Below are positions 49,513 through 59,751 of a stretch of DNA of 64,000 nucleotides, piece after piece. The stretch is taken from NCBI GenBank assembly GCA_041746255.1, contig JBGTHM010000100.1, forward strand, positions 63,087-127,086, given 5' to 3'. The notes below the pieces were generated by a model, which ran no database searches, was not told the origin of the DNA, and saw nothing but the letters and a program-made list of their open reading frames with translations. Every line of letters starts with the position of its first letter. Position 1 is the first letter of the stretch. The DNA is from Fibrobacteria bacterium (GTDB lineage: Bacteria > Fibrobacterota > Fibrobacteria > UBA11236). The translations under genes and the position numbers were made by a program.

Positions 49513-50946
49513 TCAAGGCAGGTGGGCGCGGATGCGGATGCGCGTGGCGCCCGCGTCGGTGGCGACCCACAGGAAGTCGCCCTCGACGAGAAAAGTGCGC
49601 ACCTGGGAACCGGGAATCCCGTCCTCGAGCCGGAAATCGGTCCAGAGATTGTTCTGGAGGTTGAACACCGTTACGCCCGATCGGAACGCGACGAACAGGA
49701 GATTGTCGTGTACCTCGAGGCGGGTAGGCTGATCGCGTTGCAGAAGCGGATGGGCGGATTTGCCTTTGGGTTTAACCATCACTTGATTCCGGGCGAGCCA
49801 ATAAAGGGCGCCGCCATGATAGGTGATGTCGGGCACGTCGATGCCATAACTGGAAGGCGCCGACTCGGGGGTAAAATCCTTCAAGGCGTTCCATTTTTCG
49901 CCTCGACGAATGTAAACTCCGTAACGGGTTCCTACCAATAAGTCCGGGCCGTTGGATCCCAGCGCGTTGACGGGAATATCGATTCCCTCCGGCGTAGGCA
50001 CGGTGACGAATCCTTCATCCGGATTGGCCATGCGGGAAACGCCGGATTGGGTAGCCGCGAAAAGCGCCCCGACATGGTTGTGCAGGCGGTTGATGCGCAC
50101 ACCGCTGCCTCCCTGGAACAAGTCGTAATGCCGGAAATCACGGGTGTTGGGACGGTGCCGCACCACCCCATGTTCGCTGGCCAACCAGATGTAATCCCGC
50201 CAAGGAAAAATATCATGCACGCAGCCATGCACGAAGCCTTGTTCTTTGCGCGCGAGTCGCATATTCCAGTCGCCCAGGTTCGCTGACCGCGCGGAAATCA
50301 AGGCCCCCTCCACTTCGCAGGATCCGAACCAGATCCGGTCGCCACCAAGGGCCATTGCCGTCACGTCGGGGTTATCCAAGCCGAACCAGACCGAAGCGGC
50401 ATCTTTGCGTCGGGCGGATCCCAGAAAAGGACCAAGCCCGTCGGTAAGCACCCAGAGATTGTCGTAGTCGAAAACGCGGGCCTGGGTGAGCGAAGCGCGC
50501 CGCATATAGCGATCACGGATGCCGTCCCCCAGGAAAAAATATTCTTCGTTCAATACCAGGCCGATCAAATCGGCTTCGCGCCCCAAACCGAGATCGCCGC
50601 CGGGAAGCGACCGACCCGCATCGGTGAATCGTTGGAAGGTAGGATTGTATTCCAGGTAACGCCCGCCCACATCCACCCACAGCATACCCCGGTCTTTGGG
50701 CAGGTAAAGCCCGCGCACCCGCTCCCCTTGCAATCCCATATGGATATTGTCCACCCAGGCGCTGCGGCGGTAATCGTACATGAGGATTCCGCCTTCGGTG
50801 AGAACGAAGGCCTGGCGGTCGTCGGAAACCACTTGCACGGGCCGCTTGTGGGTGGAGACGAAAAGAATGTCGCGCGGTTGGAGATTGGCCGCCAGCGTCA
50901 GGCTAACGGAGAGGAGGACGAGCGGAAAGTATTTGTGCGTATTCAT
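49513..50946 (-). CDS. Secreted beta-propeller protein
   Basis: Signal peptide; repeated blades LWVLTDG, IWFGS, IWLASEHGV, LFAATQSGV, LLVGTRYGV and LWVATDAG. Confidence 0.8.
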   Translation of the reverse strand: MNTHKYFPLVLLSVSLTLAANLQPRDILFVSTHKRPVQVVSDDRQAFVLTEGGILMYDYRRSAWVDNIHMGLQGERVRGLYLPKDRGMLWVDVGGRYLEYNPTFQRFTDAGRSLPGGDLGLGREADLIGLVLNEEYFFLGDGIRDRYMRRASLTQARVFDYDNLWVLTDGLGPFLGSARRKDAASVWFGLDNPDVTAMALGGDRIWFGSCEVEGALISARSANLGDWNMRLARKEQGFVHGCVHDIFPWRDYIWLASEHGVVRHRPNTRDFRHYDLFQGGSGVRINRLHNHVGALFAATQSGVSRMANPDEGFVTVPTPEGIDIPVNALGSNGPDLLVGTRYGVYIRRGEKWNALKDFTPESAPSSYGIDVPDITYHGGALYWLARNQVMVKPKGKSAHPLLQRDQPTRLEVHDNLLFVAFRSGVTVFNLQNNLWTDFRLEDGIPGSQVRTFLVEGDFLWVATDAGATRIRIRAHLP

Positions 50947-51835
50947 CCAGGACGTCCTGCAAGTCGAAGCCGGTGCTGCCGAGACTGACAAGATCCATTT
51001 CTCGCCGCGATTTGGCAAGCAAAACGGTGTCCTTCTCGATGAGCAATTTGAGTGCTTGGGCCGTCAGGGCGGGAACCAGCAATCCCAATTCCCGATAGAT
51101 TCCCACAGCCTTGTTGTTTTCTTCCAGAGCCGCCAGCGAATCTCCCAAAGCCAGGCGGCACACCGCCAGTTTGTTGAGACTCGCCGCAACCTGCGAAAGA
51201 CGTCCCTGACCACGGAAATCCTCGACCAACAAGCTCCAGAGCTCCTGCGCTTCTTTGAAGGCTCCCATTTGCATGGCCGCCGTAGCGCGTAGGCTACGCT
51301 GCAGTATACGTTCTTTTTTGCCATGTTTTTTGATGAAATTCTTCAAGAGAGGCGACCATTCCGGGCTGGTTCCCCGGGAAATCGCGATACGAATGCGATC
51401 AGCCTCCAGCGCGGGGCGGGCGGCATGACCGCTGGGCAAGACGGCCAAGGCGGAATCACAGACGAAAGCGGCTTCGTTTACGCGTTTTTGCGCATGCAGT
51501 ATTTGGGCTTTTTTCCACAGCAGCAGCGCTTCCAATTCCGGATGGGAACTCCTCGGCGTCTTATCCAAAATGAGCAGCGCCGCTGCGATATCATGCGACT
51601 CTAATTCCAGATCGATGAGGTTGAGCGCCGCCTTGACCAGCCATTCGTCCATACCCCGGAGAACGGCATCCTCCATGGCCCGCTGGAAATACATGCGCGA
51701 CAATTCCAGGCGCCCCTCCTGATAGGCCTTCACCCCCCGTAACGCCCATTCCGGGGAGCCTTGCGCGAAGACGGAACCCAGCGCCAGCGAGCAAACCAGG
51801 ATTACCGTCGCCAACCGTCTCGTCAAGCGCATCAC
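50903..51835 (-). CDS. Secreted TPR-like helical protein
   Basis: Signal peptide ending VFA; TPR-like helices; overlaps both neighbours in the operon. Confidence 0.65.
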   Translation of the reverse strand: MMRLTRRLATVILVCSLALGSVFAQGSPEWALRGVKAYQEGRLELSRMYFQRAMEDAVLRGMDEWLVKAALNLIDLELESHDIAAALLILDKTPRSSHPELEALLLWKKAQILHAQKRVNEAAFVCDSALAVLPSGHAARPALEADRIRIAISRGTSPEWSPLLKNFIKKHGKKERILQRSLRATAAMQMGAFKEAQELWSLLVEDFRGQGRLSQVAASLNKLAVCRLALGDSLAALEENNKAVGIYRELGLLVPALTAQALKLLIEKDTVLLAKSRREMDLVSLGSTGFDLQDVLDEYAQILSARPPLR

Positions 51836-52785
51836 GGTCCCATTTCCTGAAGCAATAGAGGATAGGCTTTAACCTCGGGGCGCATTTTGCCGCGGATAAA
51901 CCAGAGTTGCGAAACCGCGTCCATCAATTCGCCGGCCTGATCGACTTTTCCCGCTCCGTCAAGCAAAATTCCGTCCACCCTATCCAGCAAGGTTTCTCCC
52001 CTTTCCGCCAGGTGATTGGCATTGATGCTCAATATCTCCGCTTGTATCGAAGCGTTCTGCAAAGCGCGTATGGCGCTATCGGCATTGGCGAGCATGGGTC
52101 CCGCCGAAGCCGAGACCGTCTTTTCCAACCGGTGAATGCCGGCAAGCATGTCGTTTCCCTGCGACATCACGGTATCCAATCTGTCGAGACTGACGAAAAA
52201 GCGGTCGTACAGGGCGCGTGAACCCAACATGGCCCCGATGGTCGAGGAGGAATCCTGACTCATAGCCACTACCCTGCCTATGCTGGCCAGCAATTGGTCC
52301 GTCTTCCCCATCAAATCGGTCAATCCCGTCAAAACCGACTCGATGTCGCGGGAATGGGAAACCATAATCCTGTCCCCATCCCCCAAAATCCTCCCTCCCG
52401 GACTCAAGCTCTCGATATTAATCACCCTGTCGCTAACCAGATTCTTGTCACGTAACGCAAAGGCTGCCGAGCGATCGGTAATATATTCCTGAAAGCGTTT
52501 TTCGATTATCAATTCCAATACCACCCGGCCCGATGAGGTGCCCGAGGCCGGATCGCGGTAAAGGTTGATGTTTCCCACCTGGCCGATATGCACGCCATTC
52601 AACAAGACATCGGTGCCCTGACGCAGCCCGATTCCGCTGTCGAAAACCGCCAGAATGGTATAGCGCCTTTCGAACACACCTTTTTTCTGGAAAAGCAGGA
52701 GCAGCGCCACGCCGAAAACCACCAGGCAGCTGGCGACGAAAAACCCGGTCAACAGGTTTTTATGCCGATGGAGGTTGATTCTCAT
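51832..52785 (-). CDS. MlaD/MCE domain protein
   Basis: TM; FDSGIGLRQGTDVLLNGVHIGQV MCE motif; long helical C-terminus. Confidence 0.9.
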   Translation of the reverse strand: MRINLHRHKNLLTGFFVASCLVVFGVALLLLFQKKGVFERRYTILAVFDSGIGLRQGTDVLLNGVHIGQVGNINLYRDPASGTSSGRVVLELIIEKRFQEYITDRSAAFALRDKNLVSDRVINIESLSPGGRILGDGDRIMVSHSRDIESVLTGLTDLMGKTDQLLASIGRVVAMSQDSSSTIGAMLGSRALYDRFFVSLDRLDTVMSQGNDMLAGIHRLEKTVSASAGPMLANADSAIRALQNASIQAEILSINANHLAERGETLLDRVDGILLDGAGKVDQAGELMDAVSQLWFIRGKMRPEVKAYPLLLQEMGP

Positions 52786-53543
52786 ACCGGAACCTGCGCT
52801 GACTCTTCTTCCAGGTAACGGAAAAGGTATTCCACGAAAGAATCCTGGCAATTCTTCATTTGCTCATAACCCATGGGTTCCAACATCTCGCCTTCCTTGA
52901 GCACGCCGATTTCGCCTCCGAGTTCCCGTGCAGCCATCATATCATGCGTAACGATAATCATGGAAGCATGGTGTAGGCGCCGGATGTTACCGATGAGGGC
53001 CAAAAGCACCGAACGGCTGACGCGGTCGAGTCCCGCGGTCGGTTCGTCCATGAGAATGAGCTTGGGCCGCATGATCATGGCGCGCGCCACCGCGGCCCGC
53101 TTTTGGATGCCGAGGCTCAGGTTGGATGGGTATTGATGCTGGTATTCCTTGATGAGCAGCATCTCCAAGGCGCCGTCGACACGCGAGCGGATTTCGTCCT
53201 CCGTTCCCGCACCATGGTAATACATGGGGAGGGCGACATTTTCCCAAATGCTGCGATTGGAAATAAGGGCGGGATGCTGAAAGACAAAACCGATATCTTT
53301 CTTCAACCGGTTGAATTCTTCCGGGCTCAAATTGTGGATGTCTTCGTTGAAAATCCGGATAATGCCCGCATCGGGGGTTTCCAAACCCACCAACAGCCGG
53401 AGCAAAGTGCTTTTCCCCTGTCCGCTCAGCCCGCAAACGGTTAATATCTGCCCCGGAACCAGATGGAAATCCACTCCCCTTAAAACGGGTTCATGTCCCT
53501 TATATGCGAAGCGCAGATTTTGGACCGACACCACTGCACTCAT
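52782..53543 (-). CDS. MlaF/Mkl-type ABC ATPase
   Basis: GLSGQGKS, IGFVFQ, LSLGIQKR..VARA, DEPTAGLD and VTHD motifs. Confidence 0.9.
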   Translation of the reverse strand: MSAVVSVQNLRFAYKGHEPVLRGVDFHLVPGQILTVCGLSGQGKSTLLRLLVGLETPDAGIIRIFNEDIHNLSPEEFNRLKKDIGFVFQHPALISNRSIWENVALPMYYHGAGTEDEIRSRVDGALEMLLIKEYQHQYPSNLSLGIQKRAAVARAMIMRPKLILMDEPTAGLDRVSRSVLLALIGNIRRLHHASMIIVTHDMMAARELGGEIGVLKEGEMLEPMGYEQMKNCQDSFVEYLFRYLEEESAQVPV

Positions 53544-53556
53544 GCGACCACCCCCA

Positions 53557-54378
53557 TCAGAGTATCTCCAATTGGGCCAAAAAGGGAATGGCCATGATGG
53601 AATCGCATAATACGATGAATACGAAGGAGTTGACGACGCCCTTGGTGGTGGCTTTCGGAACGTCCCGGATATCGTTCGACACGCTTATCCCATGGTAACA
53701 CGACACCAAAGCGATAATCGCTCCGAAAAACAAGGGCTTGAGTATCGCCAACACACCGTCCATAATGCCCATGGAGGAAATGATCCTATCCATGTACAAC
53801 GCCAGGGGCAATTGCATGCCCGCGAAATCGGGAATCACCACCCCCAGAATCTGCACCACGAAGAACCCGCCGATAATCGCCGTCAGGTTGAAGACCACCG
53901 TTAGGCAGAAAAGGGAAACAATGGTGGCCACGAAGGCGGGAAACACCAGGAAGCGCACCGGATCGACTCCCATGGCCGTTAAGGCATCGATTTCCTGTTG
54001 CACTTTCATGTTTCCGAGAAAAGTGCTGAGAGCGGAACCGGTGCGCCCGGCCACCAGGAAGGCGGTGAACAAGGGGCCGATTTCCCGCACGATAACCACG
54101 ACCATGACATTGCCGAAATAATCCGTGGCGCCGATTTTTGGCATTACCGTTACAGCTTGCAAAATTGTGGCGCTGCCGAGTACCAGAGCCAGAAAAGCCA
54201 CCAGGGGGATGGCCTCGACACCCGTGAAATAGGTTTGTCCCACCATTTGCTGGAAATTCTGTTTACGATTCGCCTTGCCGCCGAAAACGCAGAGCGAGGA
54301 TTTTACTCCCAATTCCAACAATTGGCCGAGATAGGATCTCCGTGAAACGGAGCCGATCCAAGTGAGTACGCTTGCCAT
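53557..54378 (-). CDS. MlaE-type ABC permease
   Basis: VREIGPLFTAFLVAGRTGS, MKVQQEIDAL..MG and VPKATTKGVV motifs. Confidence 0.92.
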   Translation of the reverse strand: MASVLTWIGSVSRRSYLGQLLELGVKSSLCVFGGKANRKQNFQQMVGQTYFTGVEAIPLVAFLALVLGSATILQAVTVMPKIGATDYFGNVMVVVIVREIGPLFTAFLVAGRTGSALSTFLGNMKVQQEIDALTAMGVDPVRFLVFPAFVATIVSLFCLTVVFNLTAIIGGFFVVQILGVVIPDFAGMQLPLALYMDRIISSMGIMDGVLAILKPLFFGAIIALVSCYHGISVSNDIRDVPKATTKGVVNSFVFIVLCDSIMAIPFLAQLEIL

Positions 54379-54548
54379 CCCTACATTCTACCGCCTGGAA
54401 CCCGGATTGGAAAAGGACGTCTGACAGGTTCTTTTAGGAGGGCTTAGATGACGTTCAAGCGGATTTCATAGCCGGGATTCGGCGCTATTTCGGAAAATCA
54501 ACCCCGTGGGCGGGGGGATTCCGCGATTAGAGGTGGTGGTGCGGAAGC

Positions 54549-55130
54549 CTAGGACTTAAGCAATTGTTCCACTTGCTCCCAAACCTCGTCGGCCCCTTTT
54601 TTCTTCAGGGTGCTGGTAAGCAGGGGGATGGTGGGAAGATCGTAGGTTTTCTGTAATTGGCTCAAGGCCGCACGTGCGGCGTTGGTTCCCAATTTATCCC
54701 CCTTGGTTGCCACCGGCAAAATGGAATGGCCCAGGGTCAAGAGCCATTCCAACGCCAGTTGATCGATTTTGGTGGAAGGAAGCCGGATATCCAGCAAATA
54801 GAGAATGCCGCGCAGGGCGGGGGCTTGGGTAAAATAAGTTTCCAGGGCCGATTCCATGGACCGGAGTGTTTCGTGGCCGGCCTTGGCATAACCCAAACCC
54901 GGCAAATCCACCAGGTAAAACAAACGGTTGATGCGGAAGAATTGGATAGCCCGGGTTTTCCCGGGCACGCGGCTGGTTTTGACCAGGCCTTTGCGACCCA
55001 GGAGATAATTGATGAGGGAGGATTTTCCGACATTGGAGCGGCCTATCAAGGCTACTTGCGGCAAGTCGTCTTCGGGATAGTCGGAGCGATGGATGGCCGA
55101 TTTTACAAATTCGGCGGACTGGATTTTCAT
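54549..55130 (-). CDS. engB: Ribosome biogenesis GTPase YihA/YsxC
   Basis: GRSNVGKSSLIN, PGKT, DLPGLGYA and TKGDK motifs. Confidence 0.95.
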   Translation of the reverse strand: MKIQSAEFVKSAIHRSDYPEDDLPQVALIGRSNVGKSSLINYLLGRKGLVKTSRVPGKTRAIQFFRINRLFYLVDLPGLGYAKAGHETLRSMESALETYFTQAPALRGILYLLDIRLPSTKIDQLALEWLLTLGHSILPVATKGDKLGTNAARAALSQLQKTYDLPTIPLLTSTLKKKGADEVWEQVEQLLKS

Positions 55131-55133
55131 GAC

Positions 55134-55793
55134 CTAGGCGATATCCTGACCGGAAAAATCGACGCGCCCTTCCAAAGCCCTTTGCATGGTAAGTTCGTCC
55201 ACGTATTCGAGATCACTTCCAATGGGAATGCCGCGCGCCAGGCGGGAGATCTTCACTCGGCTACCTTGCAGTTTTCTGGCGATGTACATGGCGGTGGCTT
55301 CACCCTCGGCATGGGTTCCCAGCGCCAGGATGAGCTCGGCTTCGGAGCCCTCGACCCGCTGGAACAACCGCGCAAGATTCAATTCCTGCGGACCGACTCC
55401 GTCCAGCGGCGATAGGCAGCCTCCGAGAATGTGGTACACTCCGGGGAAACGCCCCGACCTTTCCAAGGCGAGTACGTCCCAGGGTTTTTCGACCACGCAA
55501 ACAAGCGATCGCTGCCTCCTCGGGTTGGTGCAGACGGGACATAAGTCCATTTGCGTGTAATTGCCGCATTCCCTACAGGCATGCACATGCTTGCGCGCCT
55601 CGGAAATGGCCTGGGCCAGACGCTCGGCCGAATCGTTGCGGCCCTGCAACAGGAAATAAGCCAATCTTTGCGCGGTTTTGCGTCCTATGGAGGGAAGTCG
55701 CGACAATTGTTGCACCAGATTATCGATAACCGGTTCGGTTTTAGTTCCTGGGGCCGCTTCCCCCCCTTCGGGGCTTCGGAAAAATTCAGACAT
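55134..55793 (-). CDS. recR: Recombination mediator RecR (start uncertain)
   Basis: LPSIGRKTAQRLA, C4 zinc finger, CVVE, EGEATA and GIPIG..LEYVD motifs. Confidence 0.96.
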   Translation of the reverse strand: MSEFFRSPEGGEAAPGTKTEPVIDNLVQQLSRLPSIGRKTAQRLAYFLLQGRNDSAERLAQAISEARKHVHACRECGNYTQMDLCPVCTNPRRQRSLVCVVEKPWDVLALERSGRFPGVYHILGGCLSPLDGVGPQELNLARLFQRVEGSEAELILALGTHAEGEATAMYIARKLQGSRVKISRLARGIPIGSDLEYVDELTMQRALEGRVDFSGQDIA

Positions 55794-55982
55794 AGGGCAT
55801 AAAGTACTTAAAGTTATCTCCTCGAATTCGCTTCTTCCGGATGACAAGGGTCACTTCGATGTTCTCTCCCAGCGCAATTTGTTAGATTTGCTGGGCAAAT
55901 CACCGCCTTTCCGGCCCGTCGGCCCACGGTAGCCAAAAAGGGAAGCGCGGAGTATGCACCGACACTCCAATCGAGGAAAGCA

Positions 55983-56912
55983 TTGCTCTTGGGAACCCGA
56001 TTTAGCCTAATCGTTGTAAGCATATTCGGCTTGACCTGTGCTCTCCAAGCTGTTGCCCGCTCTATCAACGCCCATGCCGGTTTTTCCCAACCCGGTATCC
56101 ATTCGGGCGATACCCTCAGCTATACAGTGAAAGTGGAATGGATGGAGCAGGGGCCGGAAATTGCAGTAGCTGCGCCGGAGGACTTGAATTTCACCGCTTT
56201 TACCGTCATCGAGCGGAAAACCGCCTTTCGCAAATCCGCCGCCGAGGGAAATACCCTGAATAGTATTGAATTCACCTATCATCTGCGCAGTGGCGATGCC
56301 GGCAATGGAATGGCCTCGGCAGCCCGAATTCCCTATTCCGATGCGAATGGAACCCACCACCTCCCCCTTGCGTCCGCAAATCTGGAAATCCTTCCCCCAC
56401 GCGTCCCCCTGTTGGAGCGGCCGGGATTCCGATATACCGCTTATGCGGGGTTCGTGGCACTGGCTTTCGCCGGAGGACTGATAACCCGAAAAAAATTCAA
56501 GGATAAAAAGGCGCGGGAAAACCGGAATGAACTACCGGGTTGGGCGGAAGAAATCAAGCGTCTTAAAAGCCGGCTGGCAGTAGCTGAAAGCAAATTGCTG
56601 CTGGAGGATATGGAAAGTCTCACGGTGCGCTACCTGCGCGCGGAAATTGCGCGACTCGACGGCGCCCGAAAATCGCGTTCCTCTACCGCCACTACCAGCG
56701 ACAAAGATATACCGGTGGCTGGATTCGACCATCTCCTGCCGCGTTACCTGGAATTGATGGACAATGCCGAGGCGGATTCCTGGAACAAATTGGGAGACCT
56801 ATTCCGATATGCCCGTTATGCCGGAGGGCACAAGGAGCGGCATGAACTTTCCGCCGGATATGGATTATTGAAAACCTGCATGCGCGTCAACGAAGAAAAA
56901 GGGGATACCTAA
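55983..56912 (+). CDS. BatD-like Ig-domain membrane protein
   Basis: Signal peptide; GDTLSYTVKV; TM; helical C-domain; first gene of the MoxR operon. Confidence 0.6.
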   Translation: MLLGTRFSLIVVSIFGLTCALQAVARSINAHAGFSQPGIHSGDTLSYTVKVEWMEQGPEIAVAAPEDLNFTAFTVIERKTAFRKSAAEGNTLNSIEFTYHLRSGDAGNGMASAARIPYSDANGTHHLPLASANLEILPPRVPLLERPGFRYTAYAGFVALAFAGGLITRKKFKDKKARENRNELPGWAEEIKRLKSRLAVAESKLLLEDMESLTVRYLRAEIARLDGARKSRSSTATTSDKDIPVAGFDHLLPRYLELMDNAEADSWNKLGDLFRYARYAGGHKERHELSAGYGLLKTCMRVNEEKGDT

Positions 56913-56913
56913 A

Positions 56914-57897
56914 GTGGATATACAAGCAATCACGGAAAAGGTGAAAAGCCTGGAGCCGTTAATCCTCAAAATACAGGATGAGTTGGGAAAAGCCGTAATC
57001 GGCCAGAAAAGCATGTTGGAACGCTTGCTTATCGGCATAATCGCCGATGGGCACGTTCTGCTCGAAGGCGTGCCGGGTCTGGCCAAAACCACCGCCGTCA
57101 AAGCGCTGGCGGCCTCCATCCACGCGCAATTCAGCCGTATCCAATTCACCCCCGACTTGTTGCCGGCCGACCTCATCGGCACTTTGGTGTTCAATCCGAA
57201 ATCGGGCGACTTCAACATCAAGAAGGGTCCCATTTTCGCCAACCTTATTTTGGCGGACGAAATCAACCGTGCTCCGTCCAAGGTGCAGTCCGCCCTGCTG
57301 GAAGCCATGCAGGAGAAAACCGTGACCATCGGGGACACCACTTTCGAATTACCCCCACTATTCTTGGTGCTTGCCACCCAGAACCCTTTGGAACAGGAAG
57401 GAACCTATCCCCTGCCCGAGGCCCAAGTGGATCGTTTCATGCTCAAGGTCACCCTCGACTACCCCACTCGGGAGGAGGAAAAGGCCATCGTCAACGCCGT
57501 CTCGGGCGCGGGCTTTCCCCAGTCGAAGCCGGTGGCCACCACGGAAGATTTGCTGCGCGCGCGGGAAATCGCCAAAGGCGTCTACATGGACGAGAAAATC
57601 AAGGATTATATCGTGAACCTGGTCGCCGCCACGCGCGATCCGGTAGGCGCGGGCATCAAAGACCTGGCCAACCTGGTGGAATACGGAGCCTCGCCGCGTA
57701 CCAGCATCAGCTTGGCCAAGGCGGCCAAGGCCCATGCCCTGTTGAAGGCGCGCGGTTACGTCACCCCCGAAGACGTCAAGGCGGTGGGCATGGACGTGAT
57801 GAAGCATCGCATCATCCTTTCCTATGAGGCGCAGGCCGAAGAAATCAAGGTGGAGAACGTGGTGCAACGGGTATTCGACAACGTGGAAGTGCCGTAA
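56914..57897 (+). CDS. moxR: MoxR-family AAA+ ATPase
   Basis: LEGVPGLAKT, RIQFTPDLLPAD, DEINRAP and ATQNPLEQEGTYPLPEAQ.DRF motifs. Confidence 0.96.
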   Translation: MDIQAITEKVKSLEPLILKIQDELGKAVIGQKSMLERLLIGIIADGHVLLEGVPGLAKTTAVKALAASIHAQFSRIQFTPDLLPADLIGTLVFNPKSGDFNIKKGPIFANLILADEINRAPSKVQSALLEAMQEKTVTIGDTTFELPPLFLVLATQNPLEQEGTYPLPEAQVDRFMLKVTLDYPTREEEKAIVNAVSGAGFPQSKPVATTEDLLRAREIAKGVYMDEKIKDYIVNLVAATRDPVGAGIKDLANLVEYGASPRTSISLAKAAKAHALLKARGYVTPEDVKAVGMDVMKHRIILSYEAQAEEIKVENVVQRVFDNVEVP

Positions 57898-58787
57898 TGA
57901 TTTCCAAGGAAGTGCTTCGCAAGGTCCGGCAAATCGAAATACGCACCAGCAGCGTAGTCGATTCCGTGCTTTCCGGAGCGTACCATTCCTCGTTCAAGGG
58001 CAGGGGCATGGAGTTTTCCGAAGTGCGCGAATACGTGCCGGGAGACGAAATCCGTTCCATCGACTGGAATGTTACCGCCCGCACCGGCACGCCTTTCATC
58101 AAAAAATACGTGGAGGAGCGCGAGCTTACCGTGATTTTGGTGGTGGACGCGAGCTCTTCGGGGGAATTCGGCAGCCAATCGGAAATGAAGGGCGAGGTGA
58201 TGGCTACCATCAGCGCACTACTGGCCTTTTCCGCCATTAAAAACAACGACCGCGTCGGATTGCTTATTTTCACCTCGCAAGTGGAGAAATTCATCCCGCC
58301 CCAAAAGGGTAAGAAACACGTGCTGCGCGTTATTCGGGAATTGCTGTATTTCCGCCCCCAGGCCAAGGGAACCGATTTGGCCATGGCCCTGGATCATCTC
58401 AACCGTATCCAGAAACGCCGGGCCGTAGTCTTCGTGATCTCCGATTTCGCCACCGGCTCTTTCGAGAAACCCATCAAGCTGCTTAAACGGCGGCATGACA
58501 GCGTAGCTGTGGCGGTACTGGATCCGCGGGAGCGGGACTTTCCCGATATCGGATTCATCGAGTTGGAAGACGCCGAAACCGGCGAGTCCGTACTGGTGGA
58601 TACCGGCGACGCGAATTTCCGCAAACTTTTCCAGCGGGAGTCGCTACGGGAAACCACCGAGTTGCAAAAACTTTTCCGGCGGTTGAGTATGGACTATGTA
58701 GAAGTTCTCATCCGCAAAAATTACGACCAGACCGTGCATCCCCTCTTGGAATATTTTCGCAAAAGGTCGCTGAAGCATGGGCACTGA
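57897..58787 (+). CDS. DUF58 (VWA-like) protein
   Basis: KGRGMEFSEVREYVPGDEIRSIDWNVTAR, EERE and ISDF motifs. Confidence 0.95.
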   Translation: MISKEVLRKVRQIEIRTSSVVDSVLSGAYHSSFKGRGMEFSEVREYVPGDEIRSIDWNVTARTGTPFIKKYVEERELTVILVVDASSSGEFGSQSEMKGEVMATISALLAFSAIKNNDRVGLLIFTSQVEKFIPPQKGKKHVLRVIRELLYFRPQAKGTDLAMALDHLNRIQKRRAVVFVISDFATGSFEKPIKLLKRRHDSVAVAVLDPRERDFPDIGFIELEDAETGESVLVDTGDANFRKLFQRESLRETTELQKLFRRLSMDYVEVLIRKNYDQTVHPLLEYFRKRSLKHGH

Positions 58788-59751
58788 CCGTCGCGGCGCT
58801 CTCTGGGCGCTGGTACTCTGTATTTTCGGTTTCACCGGAGCGGGCGCGGCTTCCGCCGCGGGAAAGTTGGAGATATCTTCCCAGGTGGACCGCTCCGAAA
58901 TTACCGTGGGCGACCGCATCGTCTACACCATCACCGTGCAATATCCGGAAAATGGGACTGTCGAGCTGCCGTCGGTGCTGGGAAATCTCGGCGCCTTTGA
59001 AGTGAAGGAATACGGGGTGACCCCCGCGGAAACCAGAGATGGCCGCGTCTCGCAAACTTGGCGCTTCAGCCTGTCCACCTTTACCCTGGGAGATTTCACC
59101 CTTCCTCCCCAGCGAATCGATTTCATGGAAGGCGACGGAAAACTGCGCACCACCCACTTTACCCAGCCTATCGAAATCACGGTCAAGCGCACCTCACCCG
59201 AAGGAGCCAAGACCATAGCGGATATCGCCGACTTGGCCGACATTCCCCAAGCGCCTCCCTGGGGCCTTATCGCCTTGGGAGCCCTGCTTGCCCTGGCAGC
59301 AGGCCTATGGGTCTGGCGGTCCAGGCGGAATCGGTCAGGCGCTTCCGACAAATCCATTCCTCGGTTGCCCCCCTATGAAGAGGCTTTGGAGCACCTCTCC
59401 CGATTGAACGCAACCCAGTCGGTCCGGCAAAACCAGGCGCGGGAATTGTGTTTCGCCCTGTCTGAGATTTTACGGCGTTATGTGTCCCGACGGTTTACCG
59501 TCAACGGGTTGGAGGCCACCACCGAAGAATTCCTGCAACGCACTGCTGATCTTCCGGTGGACGTACCCCACCGCCGCTGGCTCGGGGATTTCTGCAGCCG
59601 CACCGATTTGGTCAAATTTGCGAACCTGAACCTGTTGGAAACCGAGGCCAACCAACTCATGCGCGAATTGCGGGAATTCCTCGATGCCACCCGACCGGCG
59701 CCCGAAACCCCCTCGGCATCTCCCTCCTCGAAGGGAGTGGCCCAAGCGTGA
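58777..59751 (+). CDS. Bat-operon membrane protein (BatD-like Ig domain, TM, helical domain)
   Basis: VDRSEITVGDRI, TM, PPYEEAL, LSEILRRY, EATTEE and DLVKFA motifs. Confidence 0.8.
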   Translation: MGTDRRGALWALVLCIFGFTGAGAASAAGKLEISSQVDRSEITVGDRIVYTITVQYPENGTVELPSVLGNLGAFEVKEYGVTPAETRDGRVSQTWRFSLSTFTLGDFTLPPQRIDFMEGDGKLRTTHFTQPIEITVKRTSPEGAKTIADIADLADIPQAPPWGLIALGALLALAAGLWVWRSRRNRSGASDKSIPRLPPYEEALEHLSRLNATQSVRQNQARELCFALSEILRRYVSRRFTVNGLEATTEEFLQRTADLPVDVPHRRWLGDFCSRTDLVKFANLNLLETEANQLMRELREFLDATRPAPETPSASPSSKGVAQA

